Shown here one piece after another: positions 50,740 through 64,000 of a DNA stretch of 64,000 nt. Every line of letters begins with the position of its first letter. The first letter of the stretch is position 1. The position numbers and the translations under genes are program-made. The notes below the pieces were generated by a model, which was not told where the DNA came from, did not search any database, and worked only from the letters and a program-made list of their open reading frames with translations. Origin of the DNA: the human T2T-CHM13v2.0 reference genome, Homo sapiens; the NCBI RefSeq assembly GCF_009914755.1, contig NC_060938.1; one strand, written 5' to 3'.

Positions 50740-52672
50740 GATACACCATACTTTCAATATAAACTTGTAGGAAGGCTGGGCGCGGTGGCTCACACCTGTA
50801 ATCCCAGCACTTTGCGAGGCCGAGGCGGGCGGGTCACCAGGTCAGGAGATCGAGACCATCCTGGCTAACATGGTGAAACCCCGTCTCTACTAAAAATACA
50901 AAACAAAATTAGCCAGACATGGTGGCAGGTGCCTGTAGTCCCAGTTACTTGGGAGGCTGAGGCAGGAGAATGGTGTGAACCTGGGAGGTGGAGCTTGCAG
51001 TGAGCCACTGCACTCCAGCCTGGGCGACAGAGTGAGACTCCATCTCAACAACAAAAAAACAAAAAACAAAAAACCTGTAGGAAAACCATGTCCTAAAAAT
51101 TTTGAGCGCCCATCTAAAACTTTAATTTGGGAAGACTGTGTTAACTTACATGCAGTAGTATTAAAAAATGACTCGTGGTTTAATAATAGACTGGGCACCA
51201 AAGGGCTATTCAAAAAACAATTGCTCCTCTGGCAGAAGGGAATGTATGGAGGCTACTTATTTTATTTCTTACTGGGAGGACAAGGATCATCATCCTATTT
51301 TGCATAGAAGGTTCCGCTCGTTCTTTCCCTTAAAATGGGAAGATAAGGGCATTACCCCCAGAGGCCTTGTATGATATTCCCCATTCTGAGCCCAGAACAC
51401 CCAGACCTTTGGAAATTGGCTATTGCCATGTCCGGACTGCGAGTATGGGAAGGGGAAACTTTTCTGTCTGTTGTCCCCACTACCACCCCTCACATCCGTG
51501 ATTCTGACCACCAAGATAAATCCCCTTTGAATCCTTTTCCTCTTTTTGATGCCAATACCCCTTTATGGGACTTCAATTGGCATTATGATAATTCTTCTCA
51601 ACCCAGGTATGCCCCTCTACTTCTTTGGCATCCCCAGGCACCTTGGATTGCTTCTTTACGGGAGAGAACATCAGGCATTGCCACTGCCGCTCCTCTCCCT
51701 ATCAATGTACATTCAAACATTATGCTTTGTTTACCTCCAACCTGACTCTTCCTATATAGAGTTGTGTTAAGCCTCCTTACATGCTATTAGTGGGAAATAT
51801 CAAAATTTGGACAAACAATCAAACTGTCCAATGCATTACCTGTCATTTATACACTTGTATTAACTCCCGTTTTGACTCCAGGAAAAGTACAATGTTGGTT
51901 CGAGTTCAAGAAGGAATCTGGATATCGGTAACTTTACCCAGACCTGGGAATCTTCCCCCTCAGTACATTTAATTAATGAAGTGTTAAAACGAATTCTCAA
52001 AAGATCTAAGAGATTTGTTTTCACTTTAATCACTGTGATCATGGGCCTAATTACAGTCATTACACTGGCCACCACTGCCAGAATGGCATTACATCAATCT
52101 ATTCAAACAGCTCATTTTGTTAATGATTGGCAAGCCAATTCCACCCAAATGTGGAATTCTCAACAAGGCATTGATCAAAAATTGGCTAATCAAATTAATG
52201 ATTTAAGACAGTCTGTTATTTGGCTTGGGGATCGGCTAATGAGTCTCAAACATCGCATGCAAATGCAGTGCGATTGGAATACTTCTGATTTCTGTATCAC
52301 ACCATATTCCTACAACAAGACTGATCATTAATGGGAAATGGTCAAAGGACACCTTCTGGGTAGGGAAGATAATTTATCCTTGGACATAACTAAATTAAAG
52401 AAACAAATTTTTGAAGGCTCTCAAGCTCATTTATCCATTGTGCCTGGAGCTGAGGCGTTAGATCAGGTGGCACAAAGTCTTTCTGGACTAAACCCCACGA
52501 CTTGGATTAAGTCTATGGGGAGCTCCACTGTAGTAAATTTTGGAATTATGTTTCTCTGTTTAATCGGCTTGTTTTTAGTGTGCTGGACCAGTCAAAGAAT
52601 CCTGCGTCAAAACCAAGAAAACGAACAAGCCTTCAGCACCATGGCACATTTATATAAAAAGAAAGGGAGAGA
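50740..52672 (+). mobile_element. HERV-K(HML-8)/HERVK11 internal remnant: 3' part of env (SU fragment and TM) and PPT
   Basis: Betaretroviral env: RSKR furin site (52002-52013), fusion peptide [19 protein letters not shown], heptad [31 protein letters not shown] loop, TM anchor. PPT AAAAAGAAAGGGAGAGA at 52656-52672. SU is frameshifted. Confidence 0.92.
50774..51070 (+). mobile_element. Alu (AluY-like) nested in HML-8 env
   Basis: TSD AAAC(T/C)TGTAGGAA at 50761-50773 and 51071-51083. Confidence 0.92.
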
Positions 52673-53789
52673 TGTTGCGAGAAATCAGGGACCCCGAATG
52701 GAGGGACCAGCTGGAGCCGTGGCAGAGGAACATAAACTGTGAAGATTTCATTTTAATATGGACATATATCAGTTCCCAAATAATTCTTTTATAATTTCTT
52801 ACACCTGTTTTTACTTCAATCTCTGAACATAAATTGTGAAGATTTCATGGACATTTATCTGGACATTTATCAGTTTCCAAATAATACTCTTATAATTTCT
52901 TATACGTGTCTTAATCTCTTGATCCTGTTATCTTTGTAAGATGAGGATGTACATCACCTCAGGACCACTATGATATTTGTATTAACTGTACAAATTGATT
53001 GTAAAACGTGTGTTTGAACAATATGAAATCAGTGCACCTTGAAAAAGAACAGAATAACAGTGATTTTCAAGGAACAAGGGAAGATAACTATAAGGTCTGA
53101 CTGCCTGCAGGGTTGGGCAAAATAGAGCCATATTTTTCTTCTTGCAGAGAGCCTACAAACGGACGTGCAAGTAGGGACAATATCGCTAAATTCTTTTCCT
53201 AGCAAGGAATATTAGTAATTAATACCCTGGGGAAGGAATGCATTCCTGGGGTGAGGTCTATAAATGGCCACTCTGGGAGTGTCTGTCTTATGCAGTTGAG
53301 ATAAGGACTGAAATACGCCCTGGTCTCCTGCAGTACCCTCAGGCATACTAGGACTGGGAAACTCCACCCTGGTAAATTTGTGGTCAGACCGGTTCTCTGC
53401 TCTCAAACCCTGTTTTCTTTTGTTTAAGATGTTTATCAAGACAATACATGCACAGCTGAACACAGACCCTTATCAGTAGTTCTGAGTTTGCCCTTGTCCT
53501 GTTTCCTCAAAAGCATGTGATCTTTGTTCTCCTTTTTGCCCTTTGAAGCATGTGATCTTTGTGACCTACTCCCTTTTCTAACACCCCCTCCCCTTTTGAA
53601 ATCCTTAAAACTTGCTGGCTTTAAGGCTCAGGTGGGCATCACGGTCCTACCGATATGTGATGTCACCCCCAGAGGCTCAGCTGTAAAATTCCTCTCTTTG
53701 TTCTCTTTCTCTTTATTTCTCAGCCAGTCAACACTTATGGAAAATAGAAAGAGCCTACATTGAAATATTGGGGACAGGTTCCCCCGTTA
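52673..53789 (+). mobile_element. MER11 LTR (3' LTR of HML-8), ~1117 bp
   Basis: Starts TGTTGCGAGAAATCAGGGGACCCCGAATGGAGGGACC directly after the PPT; ends GAAATATTGGGGACAGGTTCCCCCGTTA; internal U3 repeats; TATAAA at 53259-53264. Confidence 0.92.
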
Positions 53790-55496
53790 TTCTTGTGATG
53801 TTTTTATCTGCAGTTGGTATTGGCATAATACTGGCCTCATAAGATAAGTTAGTGTTTCTTTCTCCTCTATGTTTTGGAAGAGTTTGTGAAGAACTGGTAA
53901 TTCTTCTTTAAATGTTTGGTAACATTTACTAGTGAAGCCATCTGGGGCTGGGCTTTTCTTTGTGTGTAGTTTTGTTTGTTTTTTGTTTCATTTTGTTTTG
54001 TTTGAGAGAAAGTCTCCCTCTGTCACCCAGACTGGAGTGCAGTGGCATGATCTCAGCTCCCTGAAACCTCCGCCTCCCGGGTTCAAGTGATTCTCCTGCC
54101 TCAGCATCCCAAGTAGCTGGGCTTACAGGCGCCCATCACCAGGCCCAGTTAATTTTTGTATTTTTAGTAGACAGGAGGTTTCACCATGTTAGCCAGGCTG
54201 TTCTTGAACTCCTGACCTCAAGTGATCCAGCTGCCTCAGCCTCCCCAAGTGCTGGGATTGCAGGCATGAGCCACCGTACTAGGCCTGTGGGTAGTGGTGG
54301 TGGTGGTGGTAACAGTAGCAATAGTTCAATTTCTTTACTTGTCTATTCAGAAGTTGTATTTCTTGAGTAAGTTCTAGTAGTTTGTGTCTTTCCTGGAATG
54401 TCTTTATTTCATATAAGTTATCCAACATGAAATAACATAAATAACAAAACTGTATGTTGGTATACAGTTGTTCATGATGATCCTTTCTAATTCTGTAAGG
54501 TCAATAGTAATGTCCTTTCTTTCATTCTTGATTTTGCCAATTTGAGTCTTCTTTTTTCCTGGTCAGTCTACCCAAGGTTTGTCAATTTGTTGATCATCTC
54601 AAAAGAATAATCTTTTGGTTTCATTGATTTTCTCTTGTTTTCATATTCCATATTTGACTAATTTCTAATCTTTGTTATGTCCCTCCTTTCTGGTTGCTTT
54701 TGGTTGAGTTTGCTTCTTTTTATGTATCTTAAGGTGGAAGACTGGGTTACTGATTTCAAATGTTTCTTGCTTTTTTAATTTTAGCTTCATTCTGTAAGTT
54801 TTAGTATGTAGTGTCTTCATTGTCTCTTATTGAAACAATTTTCTTTTTTTAAATCTAGAGACAAGGTCTCACTCTGACACCCAGGCTGCAGTGCAGTGGT
54901 GTGATCATAGCTTACTGCAGCTTCTAACTTCTGAGCTCAAGAGATTTTCCTGAGTAGCTAGGATTACAGGTGTGTGCCACCATGCCTGGCTAAAATTATT
55001 TTTTTGTGGAGACGGGGTCTCACACTTTGTTGCCCAGGCTGTCAAAAAGTATTTTTTTATTTCTCTTATTTCATCTTTGACATATTGGATATTTAGGAGT
55101 ACATTGTTTCCTATGGTTGTGAATATCCCAAATTTCTTTTTGTTATTGATTTCTTTTCTCATTCCATTGTGGAGAGGAAACATAATTTTTATGATTTTAA
55201 TGTTTTAAGATTAATTAAGTTCTTTAAAAATGGGCTGGCATATGATCTACCCTAGAGAATGTTGCATCTGTATATATATCCTGCAATTACTATTTAGAGT
55301 TCTATAGATGTCTATTATGCCTAGGTGGTTTATTGTGTTGTTCGGGTCTTCTGTTTCCTTGCTGAATCTTTTTGCATTATTGAGAATGGGATATTATTGC
55401 TGAATTGTCTATTTCTTCCTCCATTTCTTTCAGTTTTTGCTTTATGTATTTTGGATCTATGTTGTTAGGTACATCCACGTTAGGCTCTATATTGTT

Positions 55497-55805
55497 AGGC
55501 CCTTGATCTCTGTGGGTTCTGCATCCACAGATTCAACCAACCATGGGTCAAAAATATTCAGAAATGTAACAATACAACAATAGAAAATAATGCAAAGAAA
55601 AAACCGTTTAACAACTATTTATATACCATTTACACTGTATTAAGTATCAGAAGTAATACAGAGATGACAAAGTATACAGGGGGATGCATATAAGTTACAT
55701 GCAAATATTATCCCATTTAATATAACAAACTTGAACATCTGAAGTTTTTTTTTATCCGTAGGGTGTCCTGGAACCAATTCCCTGCAGATAATGAGGGATA
55801 ATGAT
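55497..55805 (-). mobile_element. MER2-like (TcMar-Tigger) DNA transposon
   Basis: GTGGGTTCTGCATCCACAGATTCAACCAACC...GTCCTGGAACCAATTCCC matches recalled MER2 ends. Confidence 0.75.
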
Positions 55806-56517
55806 ATATATTTATAACCAATCTTCATGGATTGGCCTTTTTTTATCATTAGGAAGTGTCCTTTTAAATCTCTACTAGCATTTAAAAATATCTGTTTTGT
55901 CTGATATTAGCATAATCACTCCAGCTTTCTTGTGGTTGCTGTTTCCACAGTTTATCTTTTTAATCATTTTTCCCTTTAATCTATTTGTACCTTTGATAGT
56001 GTATCTTTTGTAAACAGCACATAGTGAGATCTCCCCCAGTCTGACAATCTCTGCCTTTTGATTAAAATGTTTAATCCATTCACATTTATTGTTATTAACA
56101 TAATATCTGCAATTTTACTTTTTTGTTTTCTATATATCTCATATCTTTTTTGTTCCTCTAGTCTAGTCTTTCTTTATCCTTTTTTTGTTAACTGAATATT
56201 TTCTAGTGCAACATTTTAATTCCTTTAATACTTTCTCATTTTACTTTTTTTTTTTACTTATTTTCTTAGTGGTTGCTCTGCAACTTGCCATACAATATTA
56301 ACTTATCATAACAGCTTTGGGTTTATACCAACTTCTGGTTATATATAGAAACATTAATTCTATATATCTATATTCTCTTCCCCTTTTGTGCTATTATTGT
56401 AACATACAGTACAACTACATATGTTGAAAACCTAATATTACTATATATAATTTTGTCTTTCAAAGAAGCTGAGACAAGATAGAAGGGGAAATACATACTT
56501 GTAGTTTGTTATATTAG

Positions 56518-56874
<357 letters not shown>

Positions 56875-58059
56875 TGATCTGCCTCCCATGGCCTCCCAAA
56901 GTGCTGGGATTACCGTCATGAGCCACTGCACCTAGCCTGTTTTTATAGTTATTTTTTCTTTATTTAATAACTTGGCTTGACTATTTTAGTAAAGTATTTT
57001 ATCTGCAGTGTGAAGCCTCCAATGTTGCTCCTCAGAGAGCAGAACCTTGGGCATTCGAACAATGGTTCTAGCAGGGCTCTCTTTGCACTTTCTTTCCCTG
57101 ATCTGTTAGGCTGTCTGCCTCTTGCTGGTATTACACCCAGCTGTTAGGACCCACTAATTGCTGGCTGGTCGCTATTTTGTTTTCAATAATGCTCTGGAGC
57201 ATAAATTACTCCATGGTCTAGTCCAATAAATTCAGGCCCATTTGCAGGAGTAGCTTTTGAGGACAGTGTTTAAAGTTTGTTCTGACCCCAGGAGGACCCT
57301 TCTTAGTTGTCCACATACGACAGAGTTAAGCTTGTTGCTCTAATGGAGCTACTGGCTTCCTCTTAAATTGCTTACCACCAAAATTTCCTTTGTTTTTTTT
57401 TTTTCCTTTTTCCAAAAGCACCCTTAGTTTTAGGTCAGGTGTGGTGACTCATGCATGAAATCTCAGCACTTGGAAAGGCCGAGGTAGAAGGATAGCTTGA
57501 GGCCAGGAGTTTGAGACAAACCCAGGCAACACAGCCAGACCTCATCCCTAGAAAAAAAATAAAAATAAAAAATAAAAATAGCCAGGCATGTAGTTCCAGT
57601 TACTCAGGAGGCTGAGCCAGGAGGATCGCTTGAGCCCAGGAGGTCAAGGCTGCAGTGAACCATGAACCATGACTGTGCTACTGCACTCCAGCCTGGGCAA
57701 CAGAGTGAAACCCTGTCTCAAGATAATAATAATAATAATGAATAAAGAATTAGATGGGGCTATTTGAGTTCCTTTATATTTGCATAGGAATTTTACAGTC
57801 AGTTTGCCAATCTCTACAAAAAAGTCTGCTTGGATTTTTATTTGGAAAATTTTGCATCCATAGTTCAACTTAGGAGAACTGACATTTTTTAAATATTGCG
57901 TTTTCCAACCCATAAATATGGTGTATCTCCAATAATCAGTTTTCTTTCATTTCTCTTAGCAACGCATTATAATCTACAGAATAAGACTCCTACTTCTGGA
58001 CTACATTTTGATCTCTGATTTTGCATATCCTTAGAAAGGAATATTTTTATCTTTAGAAA

Positions 58060-59230
58060 GGAAGACTGATGCAGTAGATAAGCACATCTTTGGTGTCAGA
58101 AAGTCCAAAAATCTTAGCTATACCTTTTATCAATTGTGTGACTTTGAGCAAGATGTTTAATCTCTCTGAATCTAAATCTGTGTTTTAAAAGAATATATCT
58201 TCCTAAGGTTTGTTCATTTTATTCAACAGATATCTGAGCTCTTATTATGTATCAGCCTCTCTTCTAGGCACTGCACACACAGCATTGAAAAAACAGACAA
58301 AAATCTCCAACCTAGTGAAGCTTGCATTCCAGTGAGGATCCTAGTGAAGCTTGCATTCCATTCAGGAAAAAAAAATAAGTAAATTAGATATTATTAATGA
58401 GTTGGAAGGTCATGATTACTATGGAAAAAGTAGCATAGATACAAAGGTCTAGGGTAGAGATGAGGACTGTGTTTAAATAAGGATGGTTAGTATAGGCCTC
58501 AGCGAGGTGACTTTTGAGCAATGACTTTAAAAGGGCAAGAACATGAGCTGAGCACATATTTGAGGAAAGACTGTTCCAAGCAGAAGTAACATCCAGTACA
58601 AAGATCCTGAGGCAGTGCAGGCCTGGTGTATTTGAAGGTCATAAAGGAGATCAAGTGGCTAGAACAGAGTGAATGAGGGAGAAGCAGTAGGAGAGTCGAG
58701 GTCACAGAAGTAACTGAATTAGGGGGGTGGGGCAGATTGTACAGGGCTTATGGACCTTTACTGGAGCCGTAGTGTACATCATCTACTGCACAACATATTG
58801 TCATCTATGTGAACAGTTGCCCTTGCGGCTGTGCAGCACAGAGGCCCTGGCCATCATCTTTTACTGTGAATGAAATGGGAAGACTCTGCAGAGTTCTGAG
58901 TAGGATAGTAGTGTGATATGACTTTCATTTTAATAGGAGCAATGACTCTGGCTACTGTATTGAGAATAGAAAGGGTAGAAGTAGGGAGATCACTCGCAAT
59001 AATAAATAAGGTAATAATGCAAGAGATGACTGGCTAGGAGGAAGGTGACAACAGTAGTAGTGATAAGGACTCAGCATAACTGAGCAACTAAAGAGATGGA
59101 GTGGGTGTTACCTGAGATGAGTAAGGATGGGGGAAGAACAGGTTTGGAAGGGGCTATCCAGAGTTCATTTTGGATATGAAGAATGAAGAGTGCCTGACTA
59201 ATAGTACAAGCTAAATAAATGGTAGTCATC
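58060..59230. mobile_element. MIR fragment followed by antisense L2 fragments
   Basis: TGTGTGACTTTGAGCAAG core; ATTCAACAGATATCTGAGC...CTAGGCACTG...GAGGTGACTTTTGAGC purine-rich L2 pattern. Confidence 0.65.
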
Positions 59231-61807
59231 ACCACCACCATCTTGTGGCCAGTTGTAGAGCATTAAGAGTAGCTTCCATGAACCATGGTGAAAGCGCTTC
59301 GTGCTAATTCCTTGAAATTATGTAAACTGTTTGGGTATATGTAGGCCTACATGCATTCTTCTGAGAAGAGAGAATCCACAGCTTTTGTGAGATTTGCCAA
59401 GGAGTTGTTAGCCAAAAATTTAAGGAACATCACCTTAAAGACAGCATTATAAATTTGAATGGAAAGGTTCCTATCAAGTTTATTTACAAACAAACCAGCA
59501 AGTACTGACAGCACATGGGAAACCTCTGAGAACAGGTGCCATAGCTCTGCCCTGAGAGCCCACACCACCAACTTGATCATGCCCAGCATGCCCACCAGTG
59601 CCACACTCCCTCTCAGCGTTTGGATTAGTTCTCCCTGAATTTTACCCCTGCTTGGCTTAACTATCCTAGAGATTCTTTGTATTCACATTTGGACCAGTGG
59701 GGTTCAGAGCTTAAGAAAAGTGAGACGGAGCAAGGGATTTTCATTTCAACAAGAGCTCTGACTACCGAGAATGTGCTAAAACTGCATCTCTGATGTCTTT
59801 ACGCCTCTTTGTTTATCAAGAGATCTATCAACTCTGTTAGGATAGGGCTCGGGCATGCCCCTGAAAGTAAAAACAACTTAGCCAGGCAGCGAAACAACAA
59901 ATAAGACAAAATATGTAAAAGACTATCAGGGATATCGTTAAATTTGAGTTGAATTTTCAAATTGTTATTCTCTCAAAAGGAATGTGGCGGATTCTGGGCT
60001 AGAGTTAGCAGTGGCATCAAAGTGGTCAGTGATATCATGACCACCCAGATCCTCACTGACATCTGAAAGGAGGAGTCTTCTCAGCTTTATAGCCTAAGGA
60101 AAACCTCCAGAGCTTTTAGATCCCCAGCCCCTTTTCAACTGGGCATAAATTACATTTCCTCATATAAAATACATATTAAATAGCTCAGGTAGAATAAAGC
60201 ACTTGAAAACTGTCTACTGCTAGAATTTACGGTCCAATCTACCTGGTGGACTCTTGATCCATGCCAGCTTATCTACCCTGAATAACTTTTCTGCCAAAAT
60301 TATGATCCATTAGATTTCTGAAAATTCCTTCTCAAGTCTCTGTCATTTCTTCCACAAAAAATTGTAAGCTTGAGCATTCTTGAATTTTTAAAGCCAATAT
60401 TGTTTTTCTTCCCTTTATTATAAGAAAACTATCAGAAGATAGCATGAGATTGCTCAATTTTTATTGATACTCCTTCAGCTTTTTGCCTCTGTGGACATAC
60501 AATGAAAATGGGCTAAGTGGTACTGTTCGTATACACTCCTGGCTACTGACGTTTGTACGGAAGTAGCGTAATAACCAGATAGGCAGGGGAAGTGGGAAAG
60601 GGCTCCCGACAGACAAGAATCCGGATGTAAAACAATGACTTGGGTGGCCCTCCTTAAAAGTTTGTATCTGAACACAGCCCACTGCTTCTGAGACCAAAGA
60701 ATAACAATAGCAACTATAGATTTTAGGCACTTCTTTCATGCCTGTTCTAGTTAGATATGATGAATCTCATCCCAATAAATAATGCTATGAAGTAGGTACT
60801 ATTAAAATAATCACATAATCCCCGGAGAAAATAGGAATCTCCAGAGAAAAGTAAAACTGAGAGTGGTTAAGTCAATTTTCCAGAGTTGTATATCTTATGA
60901 AGGGGGAGAGTAAGGATGATGAACGTGTCTGACTCTGAAGACAGTGGGTTTAGACGTTGTCTTAGAGCTGCTCTTTTCCCCTTTCCAACTTGGCTTTCCC
61001 GCTGCTTTTGAGGAGCAGCCTCATCAGGCAGTCGGACTTGATAATTTTTGTCAGAAATATTGCCTTAAGATCAACTATTCTTTGGAAGACAGCTTCCAAG
61101 TATTTAAATGACTTAGAACCAATAATTCTATATATCTTATATAATTTTGCAGTCTTACATGCTTTTTCCAGTTAAATTTTGGAGGGCTCATCTGAATGTC
61201 ACAGTAATCAAAAGTAGACATTCTATGTCTACTGAGATTTTTTTTTTAATGGCTACAGTAAACAATCAGTTTAAATCTTTTTTTAGACTGCCAAGCTAAA
61301 ATTATCGCTCATAGATTTTATGGCACAGAACTTAAGGACAGCAATTTACATCTTGCAGTAGTGAACCCTGGGCTGTTTTCTCGAAAAAAGTACTGTACCT
61401 TGAATGGAGGAATATCTACAACCTTGCAAAAAGTTCCTTAATTTTTCCTAAGAGGTTATCATTTTAACCCACCTGGCTGTTAAGGCAGAGGATCTGAATT
61501 TGGCAACATAGAAGAGCTACATTCATGGTTCTTGCCAGAGATTAGAACCTCAAAGTATCTGCAGACCAAATATCATTAAATGTTCAGTTGTTAGAAATAA
61601 TACATATAAAGGACAATGCATATGATCAATACATCTCTCTTGATACACTATATTATGACTTTGGACCAAGAGCAGCAGAAAGCTATAAACACAGATTACA
61701 CTGTTTTGGAAAAATTATACTCTCCCCTTGTGTTCCACGGGCTTACATTATGAAGCCTGAAGAGTGGCATGAAACTTCTTATTATTGTTAGTCTAGGAAG
61801 TACATAG

Positions 61808-62216
<409 letters not shown>

Positions 62217-62269
62217 ATGAACCCTGGGCGGTTTTCTCGAAAAAAGTACTGTACCTTTAACGTAGTACA

Positions 62270-63200
62270 AAATTTTGGCACGATTCCAAAATTGTAAGAA
62301 CAATACAAAGAATCCCTATATGCTCATTATGAAAATTCACTAATTGTTTACATTTTGTTTAATTTGCTTTAGCATTCTTTCTGTTTTCATATATGTGCAT
62401 ATTTTTCCTGAACCAGCTGAGAATACGTTGGAGATATCGTGCTCCTCTACTCCTAAACATTTCAGTGTACATTTCCTAAGAACTAGGACATTCCTGCATA
62501 TAACCACAGTATAATTGTAAATATCAGAGCCATTAACCACGATAAAAATACCATTTCCTAATTTGCATTCCCTATTCAAATTTGGCCATTTACCCCAATA
62601 ATGCTCTTTGTGGCTACTTTTTTCCAGTCCAATTTCTAGTTCAATTTCATACAACGCATTAGAAATCACATCTCTTTAGTCTGGAATCCATGGTCTTTCT
62701 TTCTTGGTATCTTTGAAGAGGACAGACCTGATATTTTGTGGACTAACTCTGAATCTGGGTTTTATCTTTTGTTTTCTCATGATGCAGGTTATGTATTCTT
62801 GGAAGGAATAGCAATAAAATGATGTTACCCTCACTACGACATCTCAGGAAGCACGGATGTTAGTTTACCCAACATTGGTGTTAACTTTGAGAACATCATT
62901 AATGTGGAGTCACTAAAGTGGAGTTTGCCACGTTTCTCCACTATGAAGTTACTATGTTTCCCTTTATAATTAACTGGTAAATTTTAGGGAGAGGAATTGA
63001 GACTATGTAAAAATCTCCTCCTCCTCATGTCACCCACTCATTTTAGCATCAAGTGATGATTTTCCAACTCCATCATTCCTCTATGTTAGTTGGCATTCTC
63101 CCATAAGGAAGAGCTTTCCCTTCGCCCCCAATTTATTGCACTTTCTTACTTTCTAGCATAACAAGATGTTCTAGTTTCATCTTGTACTTTTCAAGGCTTT
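62270..63200 (-). mobile_element. Old L1 (L1MC/ME-like) 3'UTR fragment
   Basis: CCTAAACATTTCAGTGTACATTTCCTAAGAACTAGGACATTC...ATAACCACAGT resembles the antisense 3' end of ancient L1M families. Confidence 0.65.
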
Positions 63201-64000
63201 ATTTTAATATCACCACCACTCATGGATCACTATCTGCCAGGGGCGATACGACACACTTTACATAGATCATTCCATTTAAGCCAATCAACTCCAGGTAAAT
63301 GGGATAGCAGAGTATCAGAGAGATTAGGCGACTTGCCTAGGATCCTGCAGCTAGGATATATTGAAACCCAGCAACCCAGAGTTGAGCCAAGTTACTACTT
63401 AAGTGAAACAGAGAAAAATACATGTTCACCGAGGAGTAGATTATTTGGCTTGGCTGGTGCACAGGTATCAGAGCACAGTAGTGGGAGACTGGGAGGGAAA
63501 GACAAGCTGAGGCTGGGGTCAGATTGTTTTGAGAGCCTTACAATGGACTTTAGAATATATCCTCTTCAAGTAAATGGAAGTCACTGAGAGACGTCAAGCA
63601 GTGGAGTGACCCAATCATGGCTGTGTCGTAGGAAGACTAATCAAATATTAATGTAAAAAACGGACTGGAAAGGATTGAAAGGGGTCAAAAAATAGACATT
63701 AGCACTATTTCTAATTTTCTGATAATAAAAATAATGCTGCTTCTCCTGATAAAACAAAGAAGGCAACACATGTGGCTAAGCTGTGTATAGCAATCAAGTC
63801 GCATGGCTCCTGCACATACCGGCTATGTAGCCTTGGGCGCCTTTTTTTATTCCCTGAGCCTCAGATACCTCATCTATAAAACAAAGATGATAATCTATTT
63901 CTTCAAGGGTTGCTTTCAAAGACTGAAAAAAATAATATATAAAAAAATGCCAAGAGTAGTGTCTGATAACAAATAAGTACTACAAAACATAAATATTACA

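Noticed and set aside
52727-52900. Tandem repeats GAACATAAA.TGTGAAGATTTCAT...GGACAT.TATCAGTT resembling an array
   Set aside because: Intrinsic U3 repeats of MER11 LTRs; not a CRISPR-like or novel array.

Overview
Human-like (primate) genomic DNA inside RPS6KA5 (MSK1), transcribed on the minus strand. Seven coding exons are visible, with GT-AG boundaries and a continuous reading frame; they are probably exons 4-10, numbered from recall. They encode the second half of the N-terminal AGC kinase domain and the linker with its regulatory phosphosites. The rest is intron: about 30 Alus, old L1, L2 and MIR fragments, a full-length sense-oriented THE1 (MaLR) element, a 5'-truncated HERV-K(HML-8)/MER11 provirus nested in an L1, and MER1B and MER2 DNA transposons. 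Most ORFs in the supplied track are repeat-derived noise. I found no convincing new multi-gene system. The most unusual signals are two ~50-bp locally templated insertions at Alu breakpoints (repair scars), a tRNA-Gly(TCC) 5' half fused to an L1, and a ~125-bp diverged intronic duplication. Also notable are a strong cryptic AG|GT splice site after exon 4, the one-sided HML-8 provirus, and a CpG-retaining ETS/CRE motif cluster. Repeat subfamily calls rest on recalled consensus sequences, and repeat boundaries are approximate unless a TSD is quoted.
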